Assembly: GCA_951406725.2 (NCBI GenBank)
Contig: OX597838.1
Coordinates: 15,438,001 to 15,502,000, forward strand
Length of the DNA stretch: 64,000 nt
From: Octopus vulgaris
Taxonomy: Eukaryota
Direction of reading: 5' to 3'
In this document: positions 36,875-49,462 of the stretch, one piece after another
Position numbering within the stretch: position 1 is the stretch's first letter
How the letters are laid out: each line of letters begins with the position of its first letter
Made by a program: the position numbers and the translations under genes
Notes under the pieces: generated by a model
Database searches by the model: none
What the model saw: the letters and a program-made list of their open reading frames with translations, nothing else
What the model was told of the DNA's origin: nothing

Positions 36875-37350
36875 GTTTCTTTTACTTGTCTCATTGGACT
36901 ATGGCCATGTTGGGGCACTGCCTCGACGTATTTAGTCAAACAAATTGACTCTAGTACTTATTTTTTAGTCTGATGCTTATTTTATTGGTCTCTTTTGTCA
37001 AACTGCAGGTATGAAACAAACCAACACTGATTGGCAAGCAGTAGTGATGGGGGGGGGACAAACACGGCTTCCTTGCAATTTCCATTTACCAAATTCACTC
37101 ATAAAGCATTGGTCAGCCCAGGACTATTGTAGTAAACACTTGCACAAGGTGCTGTACCGCTGAGGTTGACTTTGCCATTCATCCTTTCGGGGTCGATAAA
37201 TTAAGTACCAGTTACGCACTGGGGTCGTTGTAATCGACTTAATACCTATGTCTGCCCTTGTTTGTCCCCTCTGTGTTTAGCCCCTTGTGGGTAATAAAGA
37301 AATAGGTACATGGTTGCAAACCAAATTTCTTAACCAAACAGACATAGCTG
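36875..37350 (-). mobile_element. SINE B interrupted by a 5'-truncated A1 SINE (+, about 37158-37304)
   Basis: B sequence stops at caaggtgctgta and resumes at catggttgcaaaccaaatttcttaacca after the A1 tail. Confidence 0.8.
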
Positions 37351-37371
37351 AAGAATCACTTTTAATAGTGT

Positions 37372-37848
37372 TCATCATCATCATCATTGTCATCTAACTT
37401 CAGTTTTCCATGCTGGAATGGGTTGGATGGTTTAACCTCAACTGGTAAGGCCAGGGGCTGCATCAAGCTCCATTGTCTGTTCTGGCATAGTTTCTATTGC
37501 TGGACAGCCTTCCTAATGCCAACCACTTTACAGAGTGGACTGGGTGCTGTTTATGTGGCACCAATCTGGTTTGGCATGGTTTCTACAACCACTCCAAGAT
37601 TGTAGTGGGTGCTTTTTGCATGCCACCGGTGTGGTACCAGTTACATGATACCAGCATCAACCACAACTACATTTTCACTCGGTTTGATGAGTCTTCTCAA
37701 TCACAGCATATTGCCAAAGGTCTCGGTCACTTATCACCTCTGTGAGGCCCAATGTGCGAAGGGTGCTTTTTACATGCCACCGTCGTGGGTGCCTGTTACA
37801 TGACATCAGCCACAACTATGGTTTCACTTGGCTCGACAGGTCTTCTCG
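37372..37848 (-). mobile_element. Family F retroposon, longer variant
   Basis: (cat)n, ccttcctaatgccaaccac, repeated ggtgctttttacatgccacc. Confidence 0.72.
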
Positions 37849-38363
37849 AGCTCAAATTCATACATGTGTATATGTATGAATATGTATGTCCTTTTCATTA
37901 AATAGATCTATTTATGTTTATCTCATTAAAACAAATTATATAAAATAATGAGAATGAATTTAAATCAAAAGTAAATTTTTAAAAAAAAGGAGCCCAGAAA
38001 GTGTATGCTTTCCTTCATAGTGCTTTGAATTTGGAAATTATGCAACAGTAGAGTACCTGAAGGATTTTGCTCTCTCTCTCTTTCTCTTTCTTCTGTTGGC
38101 AGATTTGTGGTTATGTTATATGTAACCAGTTCAGGATGCTGGGTTGGCAGGATGTTTAGCTCATTGGATGTGATTGGATGTTTTGCTGCGTCTTATGCTT
38201 TGCGTGATCTAAATATAATCCCTATCGACACTTGTATTAAAAGTTGTAATTGACAAATTGTGTCAACAATTGAAAAGTGACTGGAAATATAGTTCAACTG
38301 AAAGTTTGACAGTGGCAGCAGTGACGGCTGCTGATTGTTGATATTGTTTACTCTGTGTTTTAA

Positions 38364-38589
38364 CCCTTTAACATTTAATCCGGCCATATCCAGCCCAAAT
38401 ATTCTACTTGCTTTATGTTCAAGCTGGCCAGATCCGGCCTCTCACACCCACCAAACATTTGACATTCTAAATATAAACATTAACAGTATTGTCATTGAAA
38501 TCTGAAAGCTATGAGGTAACACATGATTAATTCAAAATAATGTCAATAATAAGCTTTACATTTGACGGAATAATCAGTATGCTAAAGGG
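38364..38589. mobile_element. piggyBac-type MITE family E
   Basis: TTAA|cccttta..taaaggg|TTAA. Confidence 0.88.
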
Positions 38590-39477
38590 TTAAGCATAAG
38601 ACATTTCAGACCTGTAAATATCTCCCACTTGAATGAATATAATGGCTCGAGTAATGTAGGCTTTGTAGACAAATGCATGTGGACATAAACTCACAAATGA
38701 AATAATACCCTAAGAATAAGCAGGAGGGGATACACAAGCATAATTGACCAATTCAGGGTTTCTCTTTCTTTGCTCTCGAAGCTGTAAACTTGTATGTCAC
38801 TTCATTAAAAGCAATGCTTTTCAACAATTCTCTTTCAGTTGATAATATCTCAAAATTGGGAGGATTTTACTATTTTACTATCCCATGGTAGAATTCAAAT
38901 AGTTGTTTATAAGTTCCCACTTTGCAGATCATTAGAAGTAATTTTAGGCTTAGTGAAAAGATGGAGAGAGATTTCTATGAAGCCCCATTCAGTTATGAAT
39001 GTAACTACAAAATATGGAAATGCAATGAAAACTTGATAATGAAACACTGCTAAATATAAGTAGTCGATGGTAATAAGTAGTGACTATAAAAACATGAAAA
39101 GTCAATGGAAGCATCGATGTAAACAACAGCATGTGTTTGTAACACGGGTAGCTTTGAAAACCCTTTATTGAATTAGGAACAGTTAATCACATAAGCTTAT
39201 TCTTTGGAAGCTACTCAGAGGATTTAGCAGTGATTGTCCTGCCCTTTCAATGGTCTATTATATGGAACTGTAGCAAAAATAATCTATCTCCTTTAGTAGT
39301 GAGTATACTGTTGATGCCATGAACACTTCCACCTACGGATGAAAATGGTATTTTTGTACTGTTCTCTAACATGTCCATTCTATTTGTCCAACAGAACATA
39401 GATCAACTGCTAAAAGTTTGATTTTTTTTTTCTCTGAAGAGCATATCAAAGAAATGAATAGAAAAGGTATCTGCAGA

Positions 39478-39745
39478 CACAAGCATGGCTGTAAGGTTAA
39501 GAAGCTAACTTTGCAACCATGAGCTTTCAGGTTCAGTCCCACTGCATGCTGTTTTGGGCAAGTGTCTTCTACTATAGGCTAACCAATTCCTTGTGGGTGA
39601 ATTTGGTAGGTGGAAACTGTGTGGAAGCTTTATGTATGTTTTGTGTTTGACCACCATCAGTTTACAACCAGTATTGGTTTGTTTACATCTCGTAACTGAG
39701 CAGTTTGGCAAAATAAACCAATAAAATAAGTGTCAGATTTAAAAG
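39478..39745 (+). mobile_element. SINE family B, diverged
   Basis: gcatggctgtaaggttaagaagc..ggttcagtcccactg..gggcaagtgtcttctactatag. Confidence 0.78.
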
Positions 39746-40089
39746 ATTAGCATGAATCTCTCACTCCCAATATCTCGGTATTTCTCTTGAGTTACCAGGA
39801 CGATTCTAGCAACCCAATAGAAACACTGCTTCTCCACTTTTGTGAATCTCAAACATTTTTTTTAAAAACCTAATTTGTGTTCTATAATTCTGAGTTTTTC
39901 TTAAATGACTCAACTCTGTTACATTTCATCTCAAAGAATCATCAAATAATTTTAAATGTTGCTTGATTTTGTCCTTCTGTTGGTCATTCTGCCTTGTATT
40001 TTTCTCACCTGTGCAATGACCAGTTGCTATTAAATCTTGTTGCTTTTCTTCACTTAATGAAATCTACATTAAGAGACTAAATGGTTTCA

Positions 40090-40395
40090 TGATAATGGCA
40101 TTATTATTCAGTCCTCGGTCTCTCTATGGTGATAACAAGTGGCCATTGTAAGAAACAGGCAAACGTTTATCATTGACTATTCACTAATGATAAATCACTT
40201 CTGCTTTCTAGATGCTTATCATCTACTTGCTAACATTGAAGGTCTCCTAGATAAAATCTACAAACTGGATCTAAAAGCTGCATACCATTAGATTCCACTC
40301 CATAATGATGAATAGCGATAAACTGCGTTTTCAGTTGATAGGTGCTTATTCTAGTCTACAATGTTCCCCTTTGGAGTAATTAATGCCATAAGCTC
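40090..40395 (+). mobile_element. Decayed Gypsy/Ty3 LTR-retrotransposon reverse transcriptase fragment
   Basis: IDYSLMINHFCFLDAYHLLANIEGLLDKIYKLDLKAAYH*IPLHNDE*R*TAFS....MFPFGVINA matches the DY..IN..T..DAYP, LDL..AYHQIP, TAF and PFG..N motifs; contains in-frame stops. Confidence 0.82.
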
Positions 40396-40505
40396 TTTGA
40401 AAAGAGCTTATGGCTCTTGAAATGACATAATTTCCAACAACTATATCAAAGGCGTTCATGCAGTGTTGATGGTGAAATTATTAAAGAGCAATTGAAACAT
40501 ATCGG

Positions 40506-40712
40506 TTTCAGTTTTTGGCACAAGGCCAGCAATTTCAGAGGAGGTGCTAAGTTGATTACATCAACCCTGTTGCTCAACTGGTACTTATTTTATCGACCCC
40601 AAAAGAATGAAAGGCACAGTTGACTCTGGTGGCATTAGGACACAACGTAAAACCAGATGAAACACTGCTAAGTATTTTGCCCAGCATGCTAACAATTCTA
40701 CCAGCTCACCAC
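40506..40712 (-). mobile_element. SINE A2
   Basis: ggcacaaggccagcaatttc..ggtacttattttatcgacccc..ccagctcaccac. Confidence 0.82.
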
Positions 40713-41625
40713 TTTTAGTAACTGAAATATATTGAGCTAAGTTCTGAAAAATTATTTGGAACTTGGTTCAGTGTATTTCAATTATCAAAGAACTTAACAT
40801 TACATTAAAACATGACAATTCTCTTCTCTATCAAACATCTATTTGTTATCTAGGATAAGAAAATAGAAAACTGTTCTCTTCTCTTAAGTTTCGTACAGAC
40901 AGTTTTATCTTTGTATAAGCTAAAGATCAATCCAGTTAAACTTAATTGATGCTAGTCAGCATTATGCTTTCTAAAATCAAAAAATCAAGATGGTTGGATT
41001 GACACAATCTAGATTGAAGAAAGTCTCATCAAGAAATCTGAGCTCCATAGGTAATCAATCAAACTCTGGTTTTGCTCAAGAGAGTCCAATTAGTGTTTGC
41101 TGTGATTTTGATTTGTTGAAAAATTTGACGCAAACAAGCTCTGATGAATGTTCTGTCAATGATAGCTGCAGTGACATGCTGAGAAGTCGCATTCAACAAG
41201 TGTATTAGCTGAAGGAATCCAATATTGATCTGCTTATTGAAGAAGAAATCATGGCTCTATCTCTTTGAATTTCTTTGTCTCTCAAAAAGGGCCTTGAAAA
41301 GCACTGGAAAGACTAAATCTTTAATCCGGTAAAAGCTGCAGAAATCATTATTTACCACTTCCAGTCCTTGTACGTTATAATGTACTTGTGGTTGTGGAAG
41401 ACTGGAAGCCTGTCATTTGCAGTAAATATGGATATTTACAATTATGCTCTGAATACTTAGGTAGAATGTTTTAGACGAATAAAATGGTTTTGATTCCTGG
41501 CAACTGTTTCTCATCGCAACAAATTTAAGTAAAACCATAACAAACTTAAAATAGTGCTAATGTAATTTATATGCATCTGCACTATATGCATGCATGCTTA
41601 TATTTCTCTCTCTCTCTCTCTCTCT

Positions 41626-41663
<38 letters not shown>

Positions 41664-42219
41664 TACATATGTATATGTGTGTATATATATGTGTGTGTGT
41701 GTGTGTGCACATACATACTTGCATATATGCATTTCTACACGTAACACATTTATAATGTTTATACACACACATACATACACATATAAGAAGTGTATGACTC
41801 TAACGTCATACAGTTCTTATAAATACCAAAGCATTTAAAATGTTTCCATTAACCCAAACAGAAGTGGCAGCATGCCAAAGTCCCATAGGAAAAGCAGCTA
41901 TTACTTCGCTTGAAGTTTTTAATGGAGAAGAAGTAGGAACTCTATATAAAGATTTTTTTTTTATATAAACGACTGCTTTATGTACTTCAGTAAAATGGGG
42001 GTTTTTTTGTCTTTTGGCAGTCATTGCAAATAGCCATTCATGCAGGGCAATACTAAGTTTTGTGGTAAATTTTATCTTACAAAAAACAGTACTTTTTCTC
42101 TTTGTAAGAAATTGGTAATGTATTTATTTTTTAATTTTTTTTTGGACAATGAAATGGCGACATGTGGAGACAAAGTGTAAACTTCAGTATTTTTCCTAAG
42201 TATCTCTGTAAAAGTGTCT

Positions 42220-42397
42220 TCGCTGGTGCTGCATAAAAGCACCCAGTACACCTGGTAAAGTAGTTGGTATTAGGAAGGGCATCCAGCTGTGGAAACCATG
42301 CCAAAACAGACATGGAACCCAGGCAGCTCTTCAGCTGGCCAGCTTCTGTTAAACTGTCCAACTCATGCCAGCATGGAAAATGGACATGAAGTGATGA
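42220..42397 (+). mobile_element. Family F retroposon
   Basis: ttaggaagggcatccagctgtggaaa..catgccagcatggaaaatggac. Confidence 0.78.
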
Positions 42398-42659
42398 TAG
42401 TAGTGGTAAAGAAGAAGAAGGATTTCTTCTGAAATACTGCACAAAATTTTTATTGCTGATCATTTTAGTGTCTCCTCTGTGGTCTGTGTACACCCTACTT
42501 CCCTGCCATTATGGTGTCATTATATCTAGGACTATGTTAGAACTTTCTTAAGATGGCAGGGTGTCTCTTCATTGAAATTTGGCTGCTATTTCTAACACAT
42601 AGGGTTACCACATGGAGGCCCTCTCATTGGCTCTGACCATATCTGGTATTAGTTTTGTT

Positions 42660-42898
42660 TACTCTCATTCGACACAGAAGTTGCAGGCTAGAAGAGGCTT
42701 TGTGGCAGGTCCTGCACCAGGTAGCTTGAACGGGATTAACGAATATTTCTAGAGACTCAGTGTCACCTTGGAAGATGCAGAGGGGATGGCACAGGACTGT
42801 CGACATTGGAGAGCACTGTTGGACCTGGTCAGTTCTACACATGATGACATCCCTGAGACCACTAACCTGGGATAACCCCCAGCCCCACCAAGCAAGCA
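42660..42898 (+). mobile_element. RTE-like LINE 3' end, third lineage
   Basis: VTLEDAEGMAQDCRHWRALLDLVSSTHDD..*, (CAAG)n tail; sister copy at 56820-57030. Confidence 0.65.
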
Positions 42899-44269
42899 GC
42901 TGTTAATGTTAATGCTGGGTTTGGTATTTTCATTAGCTTAGATTTTTTCTTTTTGTTTTCTTAGACAAAAATACAGACTCAGCTTATTTTCCTTATCCAT
43001 TCTGCATTAGTAATTAAGTACCTTTCATCAGTTATTTATGCTTTACAATGAGGGAGACTATGTGCAGCTCTGTTTCAAACAGGAAAGCTGAAGCAATGTC
43101 ATTGGCTGAGAGAAACATACGTTTATCTACCACTGCATTCCATAAATGATTGATTGCTTGTATGCCTAATTTATATAAAAAAAAGGAAAAATTCATTATT
43201 ACAAGACTAATTGATTTTGGTCACAAGATTAATTTTTGTAGTGAGGGAAGCGTTTAGTTGGTTGGCTGTGTTTGTGTTTGTGTGTGTAATGGTACTTGTT
43301 TTATCACCTTTGAAAGGTGATGACTATTAATTAGGCTTTGAAATTCCTTACACTTTTAATTACATTAACTAGCTATTTTAATGTCTCATTTATTGATATT
43401 TATTAGTATGATGGCAGTTAATCTGGTCACAGTAGGCATGGATTAAGATTAAAGATTATGTCGCTAGTTACTCTGGCCGCAGTGGACATGGATATCGATT
43501 TAGATTTTATGTTTGTGTTAACCCATGTTTATCAAGAGCATTCTGAGTTCAAATCCTAGCAAAGTCAACAAAGAAACATTAGCTGAATAAAGAATCGAAT
43601 GCGAAAAGAAGAGTTAGATGTGGTTTTTTTTTTTTCGTTTTTGTAATACGGCAGTTATTTTTATATAATGTAATTTTGTGCATGTACAAGCATGCGTGCA
43701 TGTTTGTGTGTGTGTGTGTGTGTGTATACATGTGTATCATATTCACGAAGTGACTGCAACTGCATAGTATCTCATTGTCTGAGACAGAAGGTGAGGAAGC
43801 AAGATGATAGGAGGGATATGGGGAGGGGGAAGGTTGTGCCCTTACAGATCTGCACATGATCAGAGGGCGAGGGGTTGTACCCTCCTGTATTCTCATGTGC
43901 ATGTGCTGGAGCACAGTACTTAGGCATCTGTCTATTCAAGCATATGTTGTCAGTTTTGTGCATGTGCTCTTGTGTATGGATGCATTTACAAGCACCTTAG
44001 TACATGTATATATTGCTGTATGAGTACATATATATATATACCTGTACCAATAAGTATATACACATAGATCATTAACATACGCTTCTGCATTTTCACTTCC
44101 ACTTAAGAAAGCGTGTGTGCACACATGCACACACATGCTGATTTTAGTGTTGTGTAGTAAAAGAGCAACATCCAAAAATAAATAGTTCTCTATAAGGTGT
44201 GAAATTCACTGCATCTGTTTATATAATTAGATGATGGGATTTCCTGTCAAAGACAACGTATGAGTGTTC

Positions 44270-44530
44270 AGCTTTAGCAGAATGAGCTGCACAAATGATT
44301 TGTTTATAGTGATGAAATGTATGTGCTGTACATTAGCTCACTCTCTCCATTAAATCGACATTACCTGTACAGGTGCACAGTGTACCACATGTTGGGTGTC
44401 AAAGTGATCATAGAGCAACATGAGATGAAGCGTTTTACTCAAGAACACAAGCACCACCTGGTCTAGGAATTAAAACCATGATCTCGTGATTGTGAATGTA
44501 ACACTCTAACCGCTTGGGCATACACCTTAA
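44270..44530 (-). mobile_element. Diverged tRNA-SINE with a C-like head
   Basis: ttttactcaagaacacaa..ggtctaggaattaaaacc..actctaacc. Confidence 0.6.
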
Positions 44531-45277
44531 TTACTAGGCCATACACACTAATAAATAATCATTGTATTATTAATTAAAATTCATGTTAATTAAACTAAGC
44601 TAAACAAACAGCACCGATTATAGCAGTCTGTTCATCAAAGTCAATATACCAGGATATTGTCCTTATCCCGCTGTTAGGTATGAGGGAAAGGACTCAGTCA
44701 GGTGTTAAGAATTGTAAAATAGAGTTTTAAGAAAAAAAAAAAAGGGTTGCTTAACCCTTTCTATTGCAACACACCTGAGGTTACCCAGCATCTGGTTATA
44801 TGATATAATGTCTCTTATAATGATTCATATTTGAAATTAAAACTTATAATTTTGTTAAGGTCATTTATGCTAACTCATGAATCAAACATTTGATCAATCT
44901 GATGTTTTTATGTTACTAAATCTCTCCAAATTCTTGATTTAGTTTTGGAAAATAAACATATTAATGGCGTTTTTGATTAGAAATATAGTCACAAAATGGT
45001 CGAAGATTTTTCTTCAGCTCTAGATCTTTGCATAGTTATCTCCTCTGTTTTTTTTCCTTCTTGTTATATAAATCCCTGTATTTTGTGAACAACAGCATCA
45101 TTTGGTTGCAGGTTTCCATAAGACTAATCGCTGGTTTATTGCACTTCCAATGACAAGAAGGTGTATGAGAAATGCAAGCAGAATAAATTGCACGAAATGG
45201 CTTTTTGATCGAATGATTTGCTCTATTGGTTTTTCTCATTAATGTATATCAGTGCACACAGGTGAAAAACATACACA

Positions 45278-45326
<49 letters not shown>

Positions 45327-45439
45327 AATGGCTTTAGGTTGGTTTCAACAGTGAATATTCCAATGGTTCAGTCAACTGAACCACCTACTCAAGGAGCATA
45401 TACATGGCTGAGTATTCCTGTTGCATGTAATCTTTTAAT

Positions 45440-45775
45440 ATTTTACTTGTTTCAATCATTAGACTGTGGCCATACTGGGGCACCGCCTTGGGGAATTTTA
45501 ATCAAATTGACTAATCCCAGTACTTATTTTCTTTTTAAGCCTGGTACTTATTCTATCGGTCTCTTTTGCTGAATCCCTAAGTTATGAGGACATAAACACA
45601 CCAATACCAATCAGTGGTGGGTGATGCCCACACACACACGACAGGCTTCTTTTAGTTTCCATCTACCAAATCCACTCATGAGGCTTTGGCTGGCCTGAAG
45701 CTATAGTAGAAGACATTTGCTCATGGTGCCATGCAGTGAGACTGAACCTGGGACCATGTGGTTGAGAGTTCTTAA
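45440..45775 (-). mobile_element. SINE family B
   Basis: ttttacttgtttcaatcattagactgtggcc..ccatgtggttg. Confidence 0.83.
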
Positions 45776-45874
45776 TGCAATTCCCAGGCAGAATCAGTGA
45801 GTAAGGAGACTGGACTTTAGATTATTAGTTTGTTCCATCTCCTGGCCTTCCACACAGTTTCTCTCTATTATACA

Positions 45875-46797
45875 GTAACTGGATGGTTGATTGGTACAGC
45901 ATATCAGATGGTGTGTGTAGGTAAAGAGACGGATGGATGAATACTGAGTTCATACGAAATGTGTTGAAGGGAAGGATGGATGTTGGGTTCACCATATCAG
46001 GTGCATGTGTGTATATGTGTGTGAGTGTAAATCAAAGCTAGCAGAAACGCTAGCATGCCGGGCGAAATGTGTAGCCATATTTCGTCTGTCGTTACATTCT
46101 GAGTTCAAATTCCGCCAAGGTCGACTTTGCCTTTCATCCTTTCGGGGTCGATAAATTAAGTACCAGTTACGCACTGGGGTCGATGTAATCGGCTTAATCT
46201 GTTTGTCCTTGTTTGTCCCCTCTGTGTTTAGCCCCTTGTGGGTAGTAAAGAAATTAATATTTTACATAAATAAAGCTCTCACTCTGAAGACATGAGATCA
46301 ACCCTAAGATGCAGAAGACATTTGCTCAAGATGTCACACTGTTGGATTAAACTTGGTTTCTTCTGATTGTGAAGTCAACTAGATATAGCCAAACTTACAA
46401 CTATACACCCATATTTACTACATACTGTCTGTCTGTCTGCCTGCCTGCTGCTTGAATAGGATGTTTACAGTTGTTGTATTTGGATAGGACTTGCTGAGAA
46501 CATCTGACACCTCCACTTGCCAGCTGCTCAGATCAAATTATACTTCAAATTCATTTATTTACCCCTGCAATTTCTTTCTTTAAATTTTGTTTTGCTTGTT
46601 TTTGATGGGGAGTAGGAGTAGTAGGATGGGGAAGAGAGAGCTTTATTTTTGTAAAATATTGCTTTGATTTACTCACACACATACACACACCTGATATGGC
46701 GAACCTAACATCCATCTTTCCCTTCTACACATTTCGTATGAACCCAGTATCCATCCATCCACCTACACACATGCTGTACTAATCAACCAACCAGTTA
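45875..46797. repeat. Local inverted repeat; left arm 45875-46283 (split by a SINE), right arm 46633-46797
   Basis: Left atactgagttcatacgaaatgtgttgaagggaaggatggatgttgggttcaccatatcaggtg versus right cacctgatatggcgaacctaacatccatctttcccttctacacatttcgtatgaacccagtat. Confidence 0.92.
46037..46255 (+). mobile_element. SINE A1
   Basis: gctagcagaaacgctagc..gccccttgtgggtagtaaagaaat. Confidence 0.9.
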
Positions 46798-46939
46798 CAC
46801 ATCTGCCATAGTGTACCAGCATCTATCCATCCACAAATGAATTGTATAAAAAAAAATTACAGTTCTCTCAGAGACAAAGATTACAACTTGAATGTAGTGG
46901 ATAGAATGTATGTTCATTAAAGGAGAATTAAAAATTTTA

Positions 46940-47290
46940 TATCTTTTACTTGTTTCAGTCATTAGACTGTGGCCATGCTGGGGCACTGCCTTGAAGAATT
47001 TTAATCAAAATCATCAACCCCAGTACTTAATAATTTTTGTAAAGCCTAATACCTATTTTATCGGTCTCTTTTGCCAAACTACTAATGTAAACACACCAAC
47101 ATCAGTTGGACAAACACGCATATCTATGATGGGCTTCTTTCAGTTTCCATCTACCAAATCCACTCACAAGGCTTTAGCCAACCTGAGGCTGTAGTAAAAG
47201 ACACTTGCCCATGGTGCCAGTCAGTGGGACTGAAACCAGAACCATGTAGTTATGAAGCAAGCTTCTTACCACACAGTCACATCTGTACCT
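46940..47290 (-). mobile_element. SINE family B
   Basis: tcttttacttgtttcagtcattagactgtggccatgc..cttaccacacagtcac. Confidence 0.85.
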
Positions 47291-47742
47291 ATTATTCATT
47301 AAAATTAAAATTTCATTAACCAAAACCACCTCTGTATTTTATATGTATGATACTGAAGAGAGGAAATATTGTGTGTTCCATGCGATGTGTTTATGAATTA
47401 TTTTTGTCAGTATATGGTCCTGTTTTTTTTTTTTTCCAGTTGTTTGAATAATCAGTGATATTAAATTCAGTTACAATCTTTAATATTGTGTGTGCATGCT
47501 TATGTGCATCTGTGTAGATATATATGCAACTTCCTGTTACCCATATCTCAGTAAACTAATTTGGAAGAGTTCACACTAGACATTAACCATATTAATTAAA
47601 ATCTCAATTGTCTTTGCCTTCCATCCACTTGAGGCTAATTGTGTGTTTATTTGTATACAGTTTTGTTTTTATTGTAGTACAAATGTATAAAAAAAGTACT
47701 TAATACACTCATGTTAGATGTGTATAGAATCTGATATGCTTG

Positions 47743-47786
<44 letters not shown>

Positions 47787-48245
47787 AACCTAATTACATA
47801 TCCGGACTATGGTTTCATTTAATTGGTCTTCTGCTCTATGTTATTGAACAGAGGGTGTTAAATTTAACTTTAAGCCATTTAACCATCATCATATTTTCCT
47901 CCATTCATTAATGTGTTTTGGTCAACCTAAAGTCCAACTGAATGAAACATAAGATCCACATACATGATCATGCTTACTTTACATATGACAAACATATACA
48001 TCCTCATGCCCTGCATCATGTAGAAGTATTTTTTATAGAAAGTTTGTTTTTTTAGTATGGTTATATGTGTGTTCTGTGGTGGGGGTAGTAATTGTGTTGT
48101 AATAATTTTTTTTTTTTTTTTGTGTGGTACTGTTTGAATAACTGCATTTTTTTTTTTTTTTTTAAATACAAGAAAGTATTTTATCTCAATTTATCTGTAT
48201 GTATTATTCTGTGTGTATTTACTCTTGTTTTATTTCATTTTCTAG

Positions 48246-48349
48246 GCCCGGATAGCATTTTTACAAGGGGAACGAAAAGGTCAAGAAAATTTGAAACAAG
48301 ACTTAGTACGAAGAATAAAAATGTTAGAATTTGCATTGAAGTCAGAAAG
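48246..48349 (+). CDS. STRN3: Internal coding exon (exon-2 equivalent) of a striatin-family gene (STRN/STRN3/STRN4, Cka), N-terminal coiled-coil region
   Basis: Polypyrimidine tract and ttctag acceptor (AG at 48244-48245), then GCC CGG ATA GCA TTT TTA CAA GGG GAA CGA AAA GGT CAA GAA AAT TTG ... TCA GAA AG|gtaag donor at 48350. Translates to ARIAFLQGERKGQENLKQDLVRRIKMLEFALKSE(R), nearly identical to the striatin motif ARIAFLQGERKGQENLKKDLVRRIKMLEYALKQER. The paralog symbol is only the nearest label, since invertebrates usually have one gene. Confidence 0.96.
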
Positions 48350-48434
48350 GTAAGAAAACCTTTTGTGTTTTTTCTTTTATTAATTAGCAGCACTCAATGT
48401 TTGATTGTTGATAGCAAGTTCTATGAGAACATGG

Positions 48435-48783
48435 AGACCATGAATGACCATGGGATGGGTCATGAATGACCATGGGATTGCACCTAGAAAGTTACCCTCT
48501 GAGGCACGAGTCTAGGCAAGATTGTTTGTGGAAGGCCAGCAGTCGGCCATGCATACCAGCCTCCCCTCTGCACAGCACTAATGTTATCCAAGGGAAAGGC
48601 AAAGAGGCCGATACAGCTTGGCACCAGTGATGTTGCGACTCATTTTTACAGCTGAGTTAACTGGAGCATTGTGAAATAAAGTTTCTTGCCCAAGAACACA
48701 GCACATAGCCCGATCCGGGAATCGAACTCACAGCCTCACGATCGTAAGCTCGATGCTCTAACCACTGAGCCATGCACCTTCAC
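48435..48783 (-). mobile_element. SINE family C, about 85 bp downstream of the exon
   Basis: Collinear with the 1535 copy; degenerate TSD tatgagaacatgg / tatgggaacatag. Confidence 0.88.
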
Positions 48784-49091
48784 TATGGGAACATAGTTTC
48801 ATTGATAAGGAACAATTTCATTGTGTTTAGTTACTGTTGTTACTAAGTAATGGTTACAATTGTTGCTAAGGGATAATTAAAACAGGTGCTTAAATACACT
48901 GGTTTATTGAGTAATGGTGACAGTAATGTTACCTACTTTGTTACACTCATCAAGGTATGGTAGCTGTGTTTAACATTTTTAGTGTAAGGATACACATTTT
49001 TTTTATTTGAGTTCTGCCAACTATAAAATCCTTCTTGTTAACAAATATTTCCACAGTACAGAAACCAAATATAACAATGCTCATCTATTAA

Positions 49092-49434
49092 AAGAGTAAA
49101 GACCCCCTTTGGTCATGAGTGACCATGGGATTGAACCTAGAAAGTTCCCCTCTGAGGCACAAGTCGAGGCAAGGTTGTTTATAGAAGACCAGCAGTCACT
49201 CATGCATACCAGCCTCCCCTCTCCATACCACCCATGTTATCAAGGGAAAGTAAAGGTCAATACAGCTTGGCACCAGAGACGTCGCAAATCATTTCTACAA
49301 ATGAGTGAACTGGAGCAACATAAAATAAAGTGTCTTGCTCAAGAACACAACACGCAGTCTGGTCCAGGATTCGAACTCACAACCTCATGATTGTGAACCC
49401 GGCACTCTAATCAGTGGAGCCATGTTACTTTCAC
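49092..49434 (-). mobile_element. SINE family C
   Basis: Collinear with the 1535 copy; atctattaa on both flanks. Confidence 0.86.
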
Positions 49435-49462
49435 AATTATCTATTAACCTCTACAGTAATAG

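Noticed and set aside
45252-45572. ORF starting MHTGEK, like a C2H2 linker
   Set aside because: No Cys/His finger pattern; continues into (GA)n and a SINE.
48092-48469. 125-aa ORF overlapping the exon
   Set aside because: Wrong frame; the real coding frame is the spliced striatin exon.
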